A stretch of 64,000 bases of DNA from Lingula anatina (Eukaryota; Animalia; Brachiopoda), in assembly GCA_051362555.1 (NCBI GenBank), contig CM120643.1:8060001-8124000 (forward strand), in the 5' to 3' direction. The translations under genes were made by a program, and so were the position numbers. Shown piece after piece: positions 1-13,640 of this stretch (positions are counted from its first letter, which is position 1; every line of letters starts with the position of its first letter). Below the pieces are notes generated by a model that made no database searches, was not told where the DNA came from, and saw nothing but the letters and a program-made list of their open reading frames with translations.

Positions 1-24
1 GTTGACATTTTGGTAGCTGTGAGT

Positions 25-310
25 GGCGGGAGACATTTCAGCCAATCAGGTGCTCCCAAGTCGTCCATGTGCTCATGTCATGCCTCGTGTTTTGCATCAC
101 ACTTCGCAATCCTTCCGCTTTGTTTTGAACATAATATATGCATACGACCCCTAAATATCGATAAATTATCCATTCATAAAGATTTAAATCTTATGTAACA
201 TACTCTGATAACTTCACCTCTGTGTATTGGCCGCGGCATTTACTAGTGTGCTATAAAGAATGCGGGGACTATTTGTCTCGTAGTGATATTCGTTACGAGT
301 CCTTTGTTTG
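25..310 (+). promoter_or_regulatory. Putative core promoter of the FRAT/GBP gene
   Basis: GC-box-like GGCGGG (~25-30), CCAAT box (AGCCAATCAG, 40-49) and TATAAAG (252-258) upstream of ATG 416. Motif matches only. Confidence 0.4.
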
Positions 311-415
311 GCACCGGCACAACATCTCTCTGTCCACGCCATTCATTCAAACTGATTCCATCGAGATAGGCGTAGACATATTTGTTGTCGAATTTTGAAT
401 GAATCTGCAGCAGCG

Positions 416-862
416 ATGCCTATCAAAGAAGACAACCAAATACTCAGGGAATACGACACCTCTGTGGGACCATTATTACCAAAAGATGTGGACAATTTGG
501 TCGAGAAATTAAAGGAAAGTTTGAAGCTGAAAGCTCGACACAAACAACAACATGGATACCGACCGACTCCATACTCGAAGCCGGCTTGTATGTGTTGGAG
601 GAAGAAAAATAGAACATGTAATTCACCTATTTGTCGACAATTCAAGGACTCTAATGACGAAAGTGATCCTCATGCAATGCTCAAACAGTTACTTTTAGAG
701 GGAGGACTTATAAAAGAAGCTGTAAAAAGGTTGAAAGTCGGCCATTCGGACGTGGAAAACGAAAATGAAAACGACTTTTCAAATTTATACTTACCTCGAC
801 CGTTCCAGCGGTTTGAAAGGCAAAGGCATAATTCATATAACAACGAGGAGTTGGATCTCTGA
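416..862 (+). CDS. FRAT: GSK3-binding protein (FRAT/GBP family), single exon, 148 aa
   Basis: First ATG of ORF 395..862 is at 416 (MPIKEDNQIL...). The segment SDPHAMLKQLLLEGGLIKEAVKRL matches the FRAT/GBP GSK3-binding helix (vertebrate DPHRLLQQLVLSGNLIKEAVRRL). DVDNLVEKLKESLKL resembles the conserved N-terminal block. Intronless like vertebrate FRATs. AATAAA at 1633-1638. Confidence 0.88.
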   Translation: MPIKEDNQILREYDTSVGPLLPKDVDNLVEKLKESLKLKARHKQQHGYRPTPYSKPACMCWRKKNRTCNSPICRQFKDSNDESDPHAMLKQLLLEGGLIKEAVKRLKVGHSDVENENENDFSNLYLPRPFQRFERQRHNSYNNEELDL

Positions 863-3219
863 ACAGTTCGATCCGAGACCGACAGAATTCGAGGATAATT
901 CGGTTATCACTAGCATTCGTACAAAGCATTGGACAGCCGGCGAATAATTGGACGATTGCCAAGCACGATTACTACGGAAAAAGTATCTTTCTAGAAAGAT
1001 CTTAGATGTATGATTGTATTAAAGACTTTCTCAAACTGTTGGCGTGGAAGTGACTATTTGATGCCAATACTATGGGAAGAGTTGAGGCGAGGCCAGTTGC
1101 ACCTCAACTGGAGAACGTAAACATGTTTATGTTATGAAAACGACGCCTAGGTCGGCGGGTTCACGCGCTAATCACGTGACGTCTGGTAGAGGGAAGTTGA
1201 CCTGTGGAAATTCCACCGCTGTAAACAAACGTATCGATCCAAAGACTCGGATCATAAAACACTGTTTTCATAACAATCATAATCGCTCATTTGTCGATTA
1301 TATATGTGTAACATTCATTACCATATGAGTTAAATATGATTTGTTTATGAAAGATGACTCAGTGGACGGGTATAATTGAAGTTCGAAGTAGACTGTGTGA
1401 CAATTAAGATCTCAACAATAGATAATTGTAAATCTCTTGTTTCGTACGACTTTGTGTATGTACGCTCTTTGTTTTCTGCACTTTGGTTGTGTTGGTGAAA
1501 GAGTTCAATTGTGAATATGGTGGTGTTATATTTCCCCGTTGTATTTCACTTTTTTCCTTTCATTCTCTGGTTAAGAGCGCATACCAAGTTGCATTAGATT
1601 CTTACGGAATCCACATCTGGTGCTCCATATTAAATAAATAATTAAACCTATTATTTAGTGATTTGTTTAATCTTGGAAAATTTGAGGCTAACGTTAACAG
1701 CCCGTGATGTATTATTTAAGCACTCGCTTGCAATATCTGACTAACCCTGGACTGTCTGAGTCCTTGATTTGAAGGTCAAATGCCTTACAGCAAATCGTCT
1801 TGTACTTTTCCTAGGCCGTAGTGCCTATGATTTTTTCTTTTTGCTGGACGCCGAAAATATCTTTCTCATAAAAAGATGAATAAAAACAACGATTCGGTTT
1901 CGGTTGTGCATGTTTTTAGACCGAGTAAAGTTAAACGATTAAATAGACAGATTTCGTGATTATCTGAATGCTCATAGAAATGCCCATATGCTAAGAGGCC
2001 AAGTTAATAGGCCAGGCGGTTGTGTGTGGGCGAAACAGATGTCTAGACAGTTTATTTTATCTATCTGTGAATACTCGCTGATTTAATCAGAAACTTATCC
2101 AGCCAACCTTAGAAATAAAAACATAAATTAAAGGGATATCAACGCTTCATATAAAATCCCACGCTGAATACATCAACACACAGAAATACTATGAATTCCA
2201 TTTGACCACAAAAAAGGCGATTATTGCAATTATTATAAAATCTGTGCTTGCTATCGAACCACGAGGGCCTTCATAGCTGGCTACCCTCCGTAGTCTCTTA
2301 TGAGACCATTACAAAAAACACACTTAAAAACATTTTTGGCTAACTTTGAATGCGGGAACGGTATCATTAACCATTGGAAAATATGGGAAAATTGCTGTTT
2401 ACCCCAGGAAAATCCCTTTTATGGCAATAGATAATGCTGGCATTTTGTCTCTTTGTCACACAGTAAACTTAAAAAATATGTGTATGGAGTGAAAATACCA
2501 GAATTATTTATCTACTCAACGTAGAGCCGAAACGGCTAGGGAGTTTACCGCCATGTATATAGTTAATTTCACACGTGATATTCCGTGTCTCATTCGTAGC
2601 ATGTATTTTAACCTGTCATTTCAAATTTCATAGGCGTTGGAGTATTGCTGTTGTCAAACGGCATAAAAGAATTCGTTGCAAAGTACAGCAAATTTCGATT
2701 TAAGTCCGTAGTGCTAGCGTGGGGTGAAACTGGTTGGTTTGTGTGTAAGCGAAAAATGCAACCAGAATTTGGTTTTCTTTTGCCTGATTTTTTTATGTTC
2801 TCCAGACTCATAATGCTGGCTGAGTTTTGCGTTATCTGTCGTAAATTATGCTTCAAAACAAAGGGAACTAATGTGGGCCAAAATCTCCTGAGTTTATGAA
2901 CAGATAATTAGCATGTATTAATGACAGTATAATTTACATCACGTCTTAATAATTTTAAATTTATTTTTTCTAAATTTATTATTAATTTATCCATATTGAT
3001 ATTTATTTCAATTTATTTATTTATTTATTTGCGAAAGAATCAGATAAGAAAATGCACAAAAGCATGTAGACAGTGGCGACATGATTCAGCAGAGTGCAGT
3101 TATTACCAATACAAGTCTACAGTGCAGATAATTACAGAGCAACAAAGCGACGGATGTGGTAGACCATCACAAAATTACAAGTACGCATATCTTGAGCCGT
3201 ACAGTGAGGACCGTATACA

Positions 3220-3510
3220 CAGGGGCGGATCCAGGAATATTTAAATGAGGGGGGGTCCTTTTTTGGGGGAGGGGGGGGGGCGGTGACGACAGGTCTGGGA
3301 TGCCAAGCCGCTCCTTGTCCCCTTGGCGTGGGGTTCGAGGCTCGCTCAAGGGCCCCGGGAAATTTTGGTGTTTTGCAGGACAAATGGTGCCATTTGGTAC
3401 GGTTTAAAATTATGCTAGTAAAAACTCTTACTTCGGGAGGAGAATCTTTTTTTTTTTCAGAAACCGAAAAGGGGGTCAGGACCCCCGATTTTCCCCTTAA
3501 TCCACCCCTG
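3220..3510. mobile_element. Non-autonomous TIR element (CAGGGGCGGATCCA...TCCACCCCTG type)
   Basis: Imperfect terminal inverted repeats and internal poly-G. Flanks ATACA/ATACC form an imperfect 5-bp TSD. Ends resemble those at 7623, 33187, 44901 and 52107. Confidence 0.6.
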
Positions 3511-5613
3511 ATACCGGTACATGTACGGTACTTGGTCGCTCAAAAAAAAAATCCGATATGGTAATTCCCCTGAGATTTAAAAAATGTTGAAATATGTGCT
3601 GTTCATTACTGTCTTGTTTTCAACTCAGATTCCTTACAGTTAGTTTCACGTGTCTCAGACCACATATCTTTCACGTGGATGAAGGGCGTAATGACCTCAT
3701 TACTTGAACATTATATAAGATTTCTGACAGTGGCAAATTCATTATGGTGTCCACGTGATCTTTACACGCAAACGTCTCTCTCTCTGTCTCTCTCTCTCTC
3801 TCTTTCACACACACACGCACACACACAGACACTCACGCGCGCGCACGCATACGCGGGCGAGCAGTGCGTATAGTTCGCCCGTAATAGGCCTATTTCTACC
3901 TGGTACGCCCATTCATGAAACAAAGCATAGGCTAGCTTTTTACGGACAAAATCAGTTCCAAGAATAACGAGAACATATTTGCCTTCACCTCATTTACCTA
4001 CTACCCGAGTGCAACAGCAATAAATACTCACTTTTTGAAAAACAAGACAATTATATAGTATTTATTACCACCGTACACTTCGTCGGGGTCATGCCAGTCC
4101 GTTTAGCGAGAGAGAAATGAAGGACACAAATCTTTGTAAAAAAAAAAAAGATGTGATAGTAATTTGTCATGGCAATTCCAAGGTATTCCATACGACATTA
4201 TCGTGTCGTATCTAATTTTCGTAGAAAATAGGCGATTTTCTAATCATTGCTCCACCCGTCCCTGCCTTTGTATTCGATGTTTTGTATCTATTTTTCTAAT
4301 TTAAATTTCTTCAGGTTGACGGGCATTGTAAAAGAAATATCGACCCAGCTATTTTTATTTGACTTTTTTTTTTTTTTTTTTTGGGGGGGGGGGGGGCGGT
4401 AATAAGCAGTTTTCCAGGATACGCACTCAAACTTGAAACATGAATCTGGAAGGCGTATTTATATGCACTATTACCATAAGTCATCTTGGGCGAGCAGGTT
4501 GTAACCTTGGACCATTAGGAATAACATGTTTTTACCGTCTCAAAGTTATGCAAATTTGGATAAAATGTGGTCACGGTTTTCCATAAAGTAATACAAGTTT
4601 AATTTACGCTTTTAGGACGTACACGTGCGACCAAGCACCAAAAGTCCCTAGAAGTCAAACACAGCGCTTACTACATATTCATGAATTCATCCATGTTTGC
4701 ATTATACCATCCATTCATCTAACCACCAATTCCTATTACTTGATTAATCAAAAATAATTTAAATAAATATTGTATAATTATCCAGTTAGTTACGGTATAA
4801 TTATCAACCACTGCGTGGGCATTCCGTCAAAATATTTTCCAAAATTCTGACCGTATTGAAAAATGGGAATTAAGGTGACTCAGAAAATTTTAGCTTTTAG
4901 CAGTAAGCAGTTATATTAAGTGCCGAGATTTGAGATGATTTATTCCTAGTCTAGCAATGCTTTGACGTGTAGTTACGCGTATAAAGGTGATGCTCATTAA
5001 AAAGTACGGCCCTGCTAATTATTACTCGAGGTCATCCAGACGATGAGATTAAAAAAAAAAAAACTCACTGCATGCACAGAATTAGTCAGAGGAATAACTG
5101 TAAATAGCTGGTGAAAAAAAATCCCTCTAAAGTACGTCCATGGTAGACCACGTCACAAAACAATACAATAAATTTGTGGAATATATTTGACGGAATATAT
5201 TTGGCAAAATTGATATTTTTTACGACAGGCTGACATGCTGGTGTCGTCCTGGCCATGTGTATTTTTATACCAATGAAAAAGTCCGTGTGATCTACTCATT
5301 CTTTCTTCGAGATTGTCTCAATAAGATCATTATCAGGCAAATACGAAATTACCTTCCTCAATCTAAGAGCTTTTGCTTTCGCTTTGTCCACCAGTAGCAT
5401 CTGCGGACACAAAGGAAGAAGGAATGTCTTCCCTAATCTTTAACTTCCCTAATTTCTAGAGCGTGTATACGAATCTAGGCTGAAATTTTCGCACCTATAT
5501 GCTACCCCTACCAGCTTTAGGTAAAACCCCAGGTAAGCATATATGGCAAAAACAAAAGTGCGTGGATTTTCCCAAATAAACGTAGATAAAACATCGGTTT
5601 CATGTGATAATTA

Positions 5614-5816
5614 GACCCCATTCCCAGAGATTAGATCGATCCAACTAGATCGACCTTACTCCCTAGGGGTTCACGTCAGTCGAGCGGGCGCGAAAGTTAA
5701 TTACCCTCTTACAGCTTGTAGTAAGCGGGACGGACATTTAAGCCGGATTATCTGACAGTAATCTAGTGAGACTCCCCACGGGGATAGATCGATCTAAAAT
5801 CTATGGGAATGTGCCC
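5614..5816. mobile_element. Palindromic PIF/Harbinger-like MITE, family A (GATCGAT-rich)
   Basis: Ends GACCCCATTCCCA...TGGGAATGTGCCC with TTA on both flanks. Closely similar copies at 31015-31228 (reverse) and 48941-49155. Confidence 0.8.
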
Positions 5817-6199
5817 TTATTCGCCACATACTGTGACATATTATGCGTGGAAATTTTTAATTATCTCTGGAATGAGCTCGAGCTTACAGGAAATTTCAAA
5901 ATAAATGGCGTCACGTGTTTTTAAAATAGATGAAAACGTGCGCCGTGTTTTTACAATCACCTGGCTAACCGTAGTAACAATTATTGCATTCTTCATTTTG
6001 CCGAATAGAAACTCTCCAGAACGAGACACACTTCCTTGTTAAAAAGACCCAGGTAGTTTCGGTATTTATTGGGGACATCTTCCGGGTTGGCTGATTTAGT
6101 CATAAGTTTGATCTGTCTGGTCTGTGCGGGTTAATATTGACTATCTATTGGAATATATCATTATAGAAGAACTCCAAATTGTAGCTTTCATAGGACGTG

Positions 6200-7253
6200 A
6201 TGACTTCCTTGGCGAATAACGTCGCGGTCATCACCATAGTTGGGCTAATTGGGTGTGTCAAGGCAGGGGAGGCAGTCAATCCTGGCTTAAAAGTGAGAAT
6301 CACCCAAGTTGGACTTAACTTTGGTGAGTACTCTTTTCATGTGGCGGGCAATTTAGAAATGATGTAATCATCATTTAATTTGGTATAGTGTAATGATGTA
6401 AACACCATTTAATTTGGTATAGTGTGATTCAAGATTCGCGATAGGTCAAAGTGAAAGACATGGGTTTTCACTGCTGCTTAGCACAATATTACCTAGGTAG
6501 CCTACTAGATTTTGGTATTGACAGCTTGATCTTGATTTCATATACATGACCACATCAGCAATAGTTAATCTGTAAAGCTAACACATGGAAAGCTATAGTG
6601 AGTAAGCTAGCGTTATAGTCCCCTGACACTTAGGGTACACAATATGCGCAACGGCGTTATAAAATTAATTGTGTTAGTGACGCTCCTCGATCCTCAGGCG
6701 CAATTTGCTCCTCTGGTTTAATTTGTTGGTGCATATCTTGTTGTTCTGTATTTTCATATAGTTTTCCCGGGTGATTTTGACTGTAAAGAAACGACCGCTT
6801 TTTCCAAACGAAAAAGAAAATAAATGCTGACAATTTCTCCTTATTTCTTTTGTATAGAGATGAATTTACTAGTATATAACTATATTGATACATTCTATGC
6901 ATCGGCTCTATTTATAGAAGAAAACGATACAGGACACAGTTAAGAGAGCAGTCTTTGTGAAATGAATTGAATACATAGAATAATCAAATAAGAAAAAAAA
7001 AACGTAACTTGTGCGTTGTGAGCGATCGAGACATGTAGATGACGACGTCTTTCGACCAGACAAAAGTCATGTCGATAAAAAAAAATCATTATTTCAAATC
7101 TCAGAATAAATTTATTGTATCTTTTTACAGCTGAGAAGTCACTTGTAGACAACTTAGGTCGCAAGATCGCAGGGACCCATATCGATGACCAGCATGGGGC
7201 GGCAGACGTCGGAATTGGGAAGATCGATTATGATATTACAAAGTATACTGCTC

Positions 7254-7295
<42 letters not shown>

Positions 7296-8201
7296 CGCAA
7301 AGGGTCACAAACATTTCACCCCATTTGGTGTGTATAAATGTGTAATATTCTATCACTTCAGTAAGGACCTGCTATCGACACTGAAAGAACAGTGCACTAC
7401 TGCTCGTTGACCATGTTCCACTTTATTCATTTTATTGATAACGAAAATTCAAATTTCAGTCTCCAGATAACAGCATTCAATCGCCCCCAGTCTCATATGT
7501 CAGTGTTACCCGGAAGTGGACTGGGGTGGCGGACATCTGGGGGGCACATTCAACTTCATGGAGACTGGAGATACAAAAGTCGAGGATGGTGAGTTCAAAG
7601 ACGGTTGTCTGATATGCCACAACAATGGCGGATTTAGAAGGGGGGACGGTGAGGGGGGGGGGCAGGACGGGGGGGGGGGCATCTGCAGACCCCCCCCCCT
7701 TTAAATAATCCTGGATCCGCCCCTGCACAAGAAAAATTTTGAAATCATTTAGTTGATTAAACGTATCAGTTGGCTGTATAGCATTTCGTTGCCTTCCAAA
7801 TCTTTCTATTTTTTTTTGACTTTGTGGTTAGGTGATTTTTGTCAAAGGCGGTGTTTGTGGTTAACAACCTTTTTTATGATTTATATAAAAATATCATTAT
7901 TGCCTGCTTAGAATGAAATAGAAGTCTTATATTAGCGAGAGATGCCGATGAATAAATGTAAAAAAAAACACGGACACGGATATCGTACACGTATTTTAAC
8001 GCAGTACTTTAAATGAATAGAATAAACGAAGAAAGCGGAGTTAACTTTGGATATTAAGAGAAAAGTATTAAAAATGACCAGGTCCGTTTCATAGTGCATT
8101 GAGCGCCAATAAGTCGCCAGCTTTGCCTTTGAGTTGACCTTCAATGTGTTATTGTTTGTGTATATTCACAACTATTTAATAAATATATCAATACGCCAGT
8201 T

Positions 8202-8245
<44 letters not shown>

Positions 8246-9585
8246 TAATCACACATTAATCACACATTTTTTTTGCCAATTTATAACAGGATTAAAATCA
8301 GCGACCATGGTTCGTTCGACATTTCAGTTGATGGTATTGACTTCCAGCTGGCTGTTGGTCTTGGTATGTCTATAAACCTGTCTCACCCACTTCTCTGTTA
8401 TCTGTGTCTGTCTGTTTGTCTGTCTGTCTGTATGCCTGTCTCTCTGTTTGCTCTCTATCTAGGCCTTCTAACATAGGCGTGAAGGTAGGCTACATGCACA
8501 TGTATATACTGATAGACCCAGATTAATTTCGTGTGATTAAATTCCATGGACAAATTTAATATAAATATGATTAACAGCGTACACTTTGAAACATTATACA
8601 TACCTTTTAATCCACCACAGGTAAAGATTTCAACGGCAGGCCAAGCATTGCCGTGAGGCAGTGTAATGCCGGTCTTGGAAGCGTCCGTGTCACACTCCAC
8701 GGAGGCGCCAGTTGGCTGTACAACCTATTCCGTGGCTCCATTGAACGTCCCATTAAGGAAAAAGTTACCGACTTGGTACGTAGTTTACTACACACGACAG
8801 CCTTCTTTATTTTTCAGCGAGAATAGGCAGACAATACTTTTAAATCGAAATGAAGTTTATCCAAAACAGGTTTTTCTTTGTTGCTTTTACTAACTTTTTT
8901 GTGGAATAATATATTAATACTCGTTTATGTTCTGCATAAAAATACCAGAACTAGATAAGTTGTACATATATTCCTTTTTCTGTACTTGTTCTTTGACTGA
9001 AGGTAAATCTCCCCATATATGCCTTGCCATTAAAAAAAATTAACGGCGCTTATAAATGTAGCTGTGAGTTTTTCCTTTCAGCTCTGTCCCGCCGCGAGAA
9101 AGGAAATCGACGACAACGCAGAGAGACATTTAGCAAACTTAAAAGGTACGTCTACCATCATTACGGTTTGTTTACACAAACCTAGATCTAATATAAATAT
9201 GAGAAATATATAAAAAATATTTTTTCCTATTAGCAGTGCATTGGATTTTTTCTGTGTTTCTATTTATTATTTAGTTTGATAAAGGGGCGTCAACCAAATG
9301 ATAAACACATGAAGTTGTATGCATAGTCTTATTCGTGAACTCGAACAAGAACGTCATATTTATATTTGATGTCATTTTACTAAATTAAATGTACATTAAA
9401 GACGTTTTCCAGAAAAAAGCTTGAAAGAACCTTTCCAACCACCTCTTTGCATTTAAAACGGGGCTTATTTCTGTTGCCTTGTGATAAAATCACTTGTAAG
9501 AAAATATATTTTATATAAATGTGCCACCTTATATCAGAGATATGTATAAGATATAAGTATAAATTATATTGTTTATATATTAATT

Positions 9586-9624
<39 letters not shown>

Positions 9625-10408
9625 TTAAAGTGACCACCAAAGTCGGTAATGACCTTGAACTAGACTACCGCTTAATTCAGCCGCCACAGTTTCATACTGG
9701 TTATGTGGAGTCCTTTCACAAGGTGAGACATGTGACGTCATTTTATTTATGTGACGTCATGTGCAACCTCTTTTGTCTTGCAGTCTGTCCTCTCAAACGC
9801 AATTCTAGTCATGTAATCTGCAAACATATAAGTTTTAAGTGCACGCTGTTTTGGTTTAGCATGGACTGAATTACAGAGTGAAACTTGAAGGGTCTGCCAT
9901 AGGCAAAAATGTTAAGACAAAATCGGCACACTTTTGCACCTCACTACTTCATGTTTTGTTAAATACTGGGCCTACAAAATACTGAGCCTATTTTCGTGTG
10001 CACGCACATGTATTCTATGGACATTTATGCACCATCATATCGTAGGAAATTGCTGAACAAGTATATAGCACACCATACTCCAACATTTAGGCCCTATCAA
10101 ATAAAACAAGGAAAAAATATAAATTGATAAATAAAGGCCAGTTCAGTGATAGTTATTGTGATTTGTGTAGCGTTATTATGGCAAACATTACATTTTTGTT
10201 AAAGGGATTATTGAGGTGGACCACTGATAAGACTGACCCGCCCGTGGAGGCGCCGGACATGCCGGAAATGACGGGCAGTACCCGGATGGTGTACGTCCAG
10301 ATGTCGGAGTACGTCATGAACACGGCTGGATACGTATTACACAAACATGGCCTGCTGAGATATTACCTGACTAGTATAGACGTAAGTTGTTTGTTTGTGT
10401 GTGTGTGT

Positions 10409-10442
<34 letters not shown>

Positions 10443-10672
10443 TCGGAATACTTGCTACCATACCGGTATTTGTATCCATCGGGTGGGTGGGTGGGCGGTG
10501 CACGGTGTTGGAAATAGAGCCTGAAAGAGCCTTTCCAACCACCTCTTTGCATTTTAAATTTTAAATTTTGCCTTGTGATAAAATCACTTGTAAGAAAATA
10601 TATTTTATATAAATGTGCCACCTTATATCGGAGATATGTATAAGATATAAGCATAAATTATATTGTTTATAT

Positions 10673-10707
<35 letters not shown>

Positions 10708-11206
10708 TTAAATTGTGTGTGTGTGTGTGTGTGTGTGTGTTCGGAATACTTGCTACCATACCGGTATTTGTATCCATCGGGTGGGTGGGTGGGCGGTGCA
10801 CGGTGTTGGAAATAGAGCAGATTAAAAATCGATCAATCTAGAAATGAAAATCACAATATGTGTCCAGCTTGTATATTTTTCTATTTAAGTTTTGAAGTTA
10901 TATCTGTACACATTACCGTCTCTTCAGGTTCCTGAAGATCAGCGCCACTACTTCAAAACCAGTTGTGAGGGAGAGAAAACTTGCATGGGAAGAATAGTGC
11001 CCCAGGTAAGGACTCAGATAGCAAAGTCAGATCCAGGGGGCTTGCGTGGGGCACTTTCAAATTTGATTTATTTTTTATTTAATAGTCCCTTCATTTTTAC
11101 AAAAGGATGGAGAAATGAGTCCCTCTTAGAACCATAGAAACATGTGTCATATGTTTCATTTCAATTTTTGAGAAAGGGGCCTAGGGTTACAATTTTTTGG
11201 TGCCTT

Positions 11207-11244
<38 letters not shown>

Positions 11245-13219
11245 ATATCCTGGTTCTGTCTCATTATAGACACACTGTTAAAAATTAGTCTTTGTAGCGG
11301 AAAATATTAATTTTACTTGGCAGTTGTCCTCCGTGCGAAGATCGTCACAGTTTCTCACTGCAGAAAGAAACGGCTGTGAAATATTATTGTCTGTCTGTAA
11401 AATTAAACTAACTGTGGGTGAACCCACTCATCAGTGATCTTTTTCGTAAACAGAATGTTGTATAACTTTCCCATAACGTGTCCATAACGTTTTTTGGTTA
11501 TATAAACGTTATGGTAACGTTATAATAACGTTATATGTTTGCTGGGAAGTTACTTTTTTGTCATTATAGAATGTTATTTCTTTGTTATTTGATATACACC
11601 ACAGGTCGGCGAAAAGTTCCCCAACTGCACCGTATCTATGGACCTGCGGACCACGGAGCCCCCAACCCTCTCTGTGACGGCTGGGAAAATCTTAGGGTAC
11701 TTTCGAGGTGATATGCGGTTTTATGTCAAGCACCCGGAGCAGCCGAAAAACATTTACGTGTTCACAGCTTTGTCGGTAATTTGATTAGTTTTTTGTTAAT
11801 TTACTTACCTATGTATCTGTTTATTTATTTATTATGTTAATTTTATTGTATTTTAGATTTATATTATTCAGTTTTGCTGTAATTGATGTCACATTTTCCG
11901 CCCTGTTGTAAATGAAGTGAACCTTAAATACTAACGTCTTATTGTCATCCACGTCAAAGTCATTCCAAGACAGTAAAACAATTGCACGAAATCACAATCC
12001 AGAATGCATAAATAATGTAAGTTTTATGACAAGTGTTTTAAGTGCCTAGTTACTCACGCTATCAAAGTTGATTTGTCATAAAAAAAGCCACATTTTACAT
12101 GGCGCTTTGAATTCTGGACGGTGCAAATTAATTAATAAATTAAACACGGGAATATAAACGGATGTCAGTTTATCTGAAATTATGACTGTACTGAGTTATG
12201 AATCAAATGTTTATGAGGCCTGAATGTTTGTTTGATGACTGTCACGTTTCTTATTTACTTTAGACGCTGAATGTATCTCTGAATATATCTGTGCGCGGAG
12301 ACAATCTTGCGGCCAATGTGGGGCCTTCACGGTGAGTGCCTGACAAAAATTAGTTCCATATGATATGAAACATTTACTTTCGAATTGTGGCCGTGTTAAA
12401 GTCGAAACAATTTTGTAGTTTTGATTCGTTTTCAGCCTTAGTTTAAACCGTATATATAGTGGATTTTTACTTTAATTAACTTTTCAGCATCACAGGAAAG
12501 TTCAGACTAAAATATGTGTTCGAATTGATCTAGATGCTTGAAACATGTAGCCTACATTATAAGCACCGGAGTTCAATAAAATCTCACAGTTTCAGACGCA
12601 CATGAAGCCCAAACGCTTTGTCATACGTAATTGTGTATTTTTTTTTCAAAGAGAATCTAATTACACATTAATATTTTCTTGTTTTCAGGATACAGTTCGA
12701 TGTTAAAGACAGCACTATCGGCCCGATTACGGTATGTCAACGTGTATTCCCTCTAGTAGCCTATACATGTATTTTAAGTAGGCAGGGGGGATGAGGGTGG
12801 GTGGCTGTTGATTTTTAAGTACTCAACGGTGACTACTAAAATATGTTGAAATAAATGTTTAATGTGAGCCAAAATCTTTTAACTGAGTTAAGTATTTGAC
12901 TTAAAATAGAAAAAATAAGCACCGATGAAATTCATCAGTGAACTTGATCGTAAACGAGCGGGTTGATTTCCCGGTGGTCATTACCCTATAAACCGACAAC
13001 TGTTCCATGTTCCGACGATCCCCGGTAATTGACTGTCCAGCAATTTGGTAATACTGTTCCAGAGATGTTGATTCGGGTCTTAATATTTGTTTCTGACTTT
13101 TTATTTTTAGACCAAAGGATTAGACTTTGTTGCAAACATCATTCTCAACTCGTTCATCAGACCAAAGCTTAACGGTATGTAGGGCCTGCATGTTCAGGGA
13201 ACACGTCTTTGTAATAGGC

Positions 13220-13285
<66 letters not shown>

Positions 13286-13606
13286 TTTTCTCTTTGGTGT
13301 TTCTCAAAGTAATGTATGTTTTAATGGGAATAATATCTAATTTTAATTTAAAAATTGAAATTGTGAGAAGAACAAGTGGTGCACTTGTATAGCCTACTTA
13401 CACTAGCTATTAGTTCATTTTTTTATCTTGTTAAGTTACCTAGATGTCACACTTCATTGCATTGCATTGTATCGTGATGTTGAAAAGAGCAATGTGTAAT
13501 TTTTATTGCAGAGGTTGGAAATCGGGGACTACCAATTACAAAATTAGACAACGTCAAACTTGTGAACCCGAGTGTGGAACTAATGCAGGTATGGTTACTG
13601 ACATTA

Positions 13607-13640
<34 letters not shown>

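Noticed and set aside
395-415. TTG start for the FRAT ORF
   Set aside because: Eukaryotic context; the in-frame ATG at 416 (GCGATGC) is the more plausible start.
11405-11440. Second hammerhead on the minus strand (CTGATGA-GTGGGT-TC-ACCCAC)
   Set aside because: The stem is not followed by GAAA, and no cleavage triplet or helix I is present.
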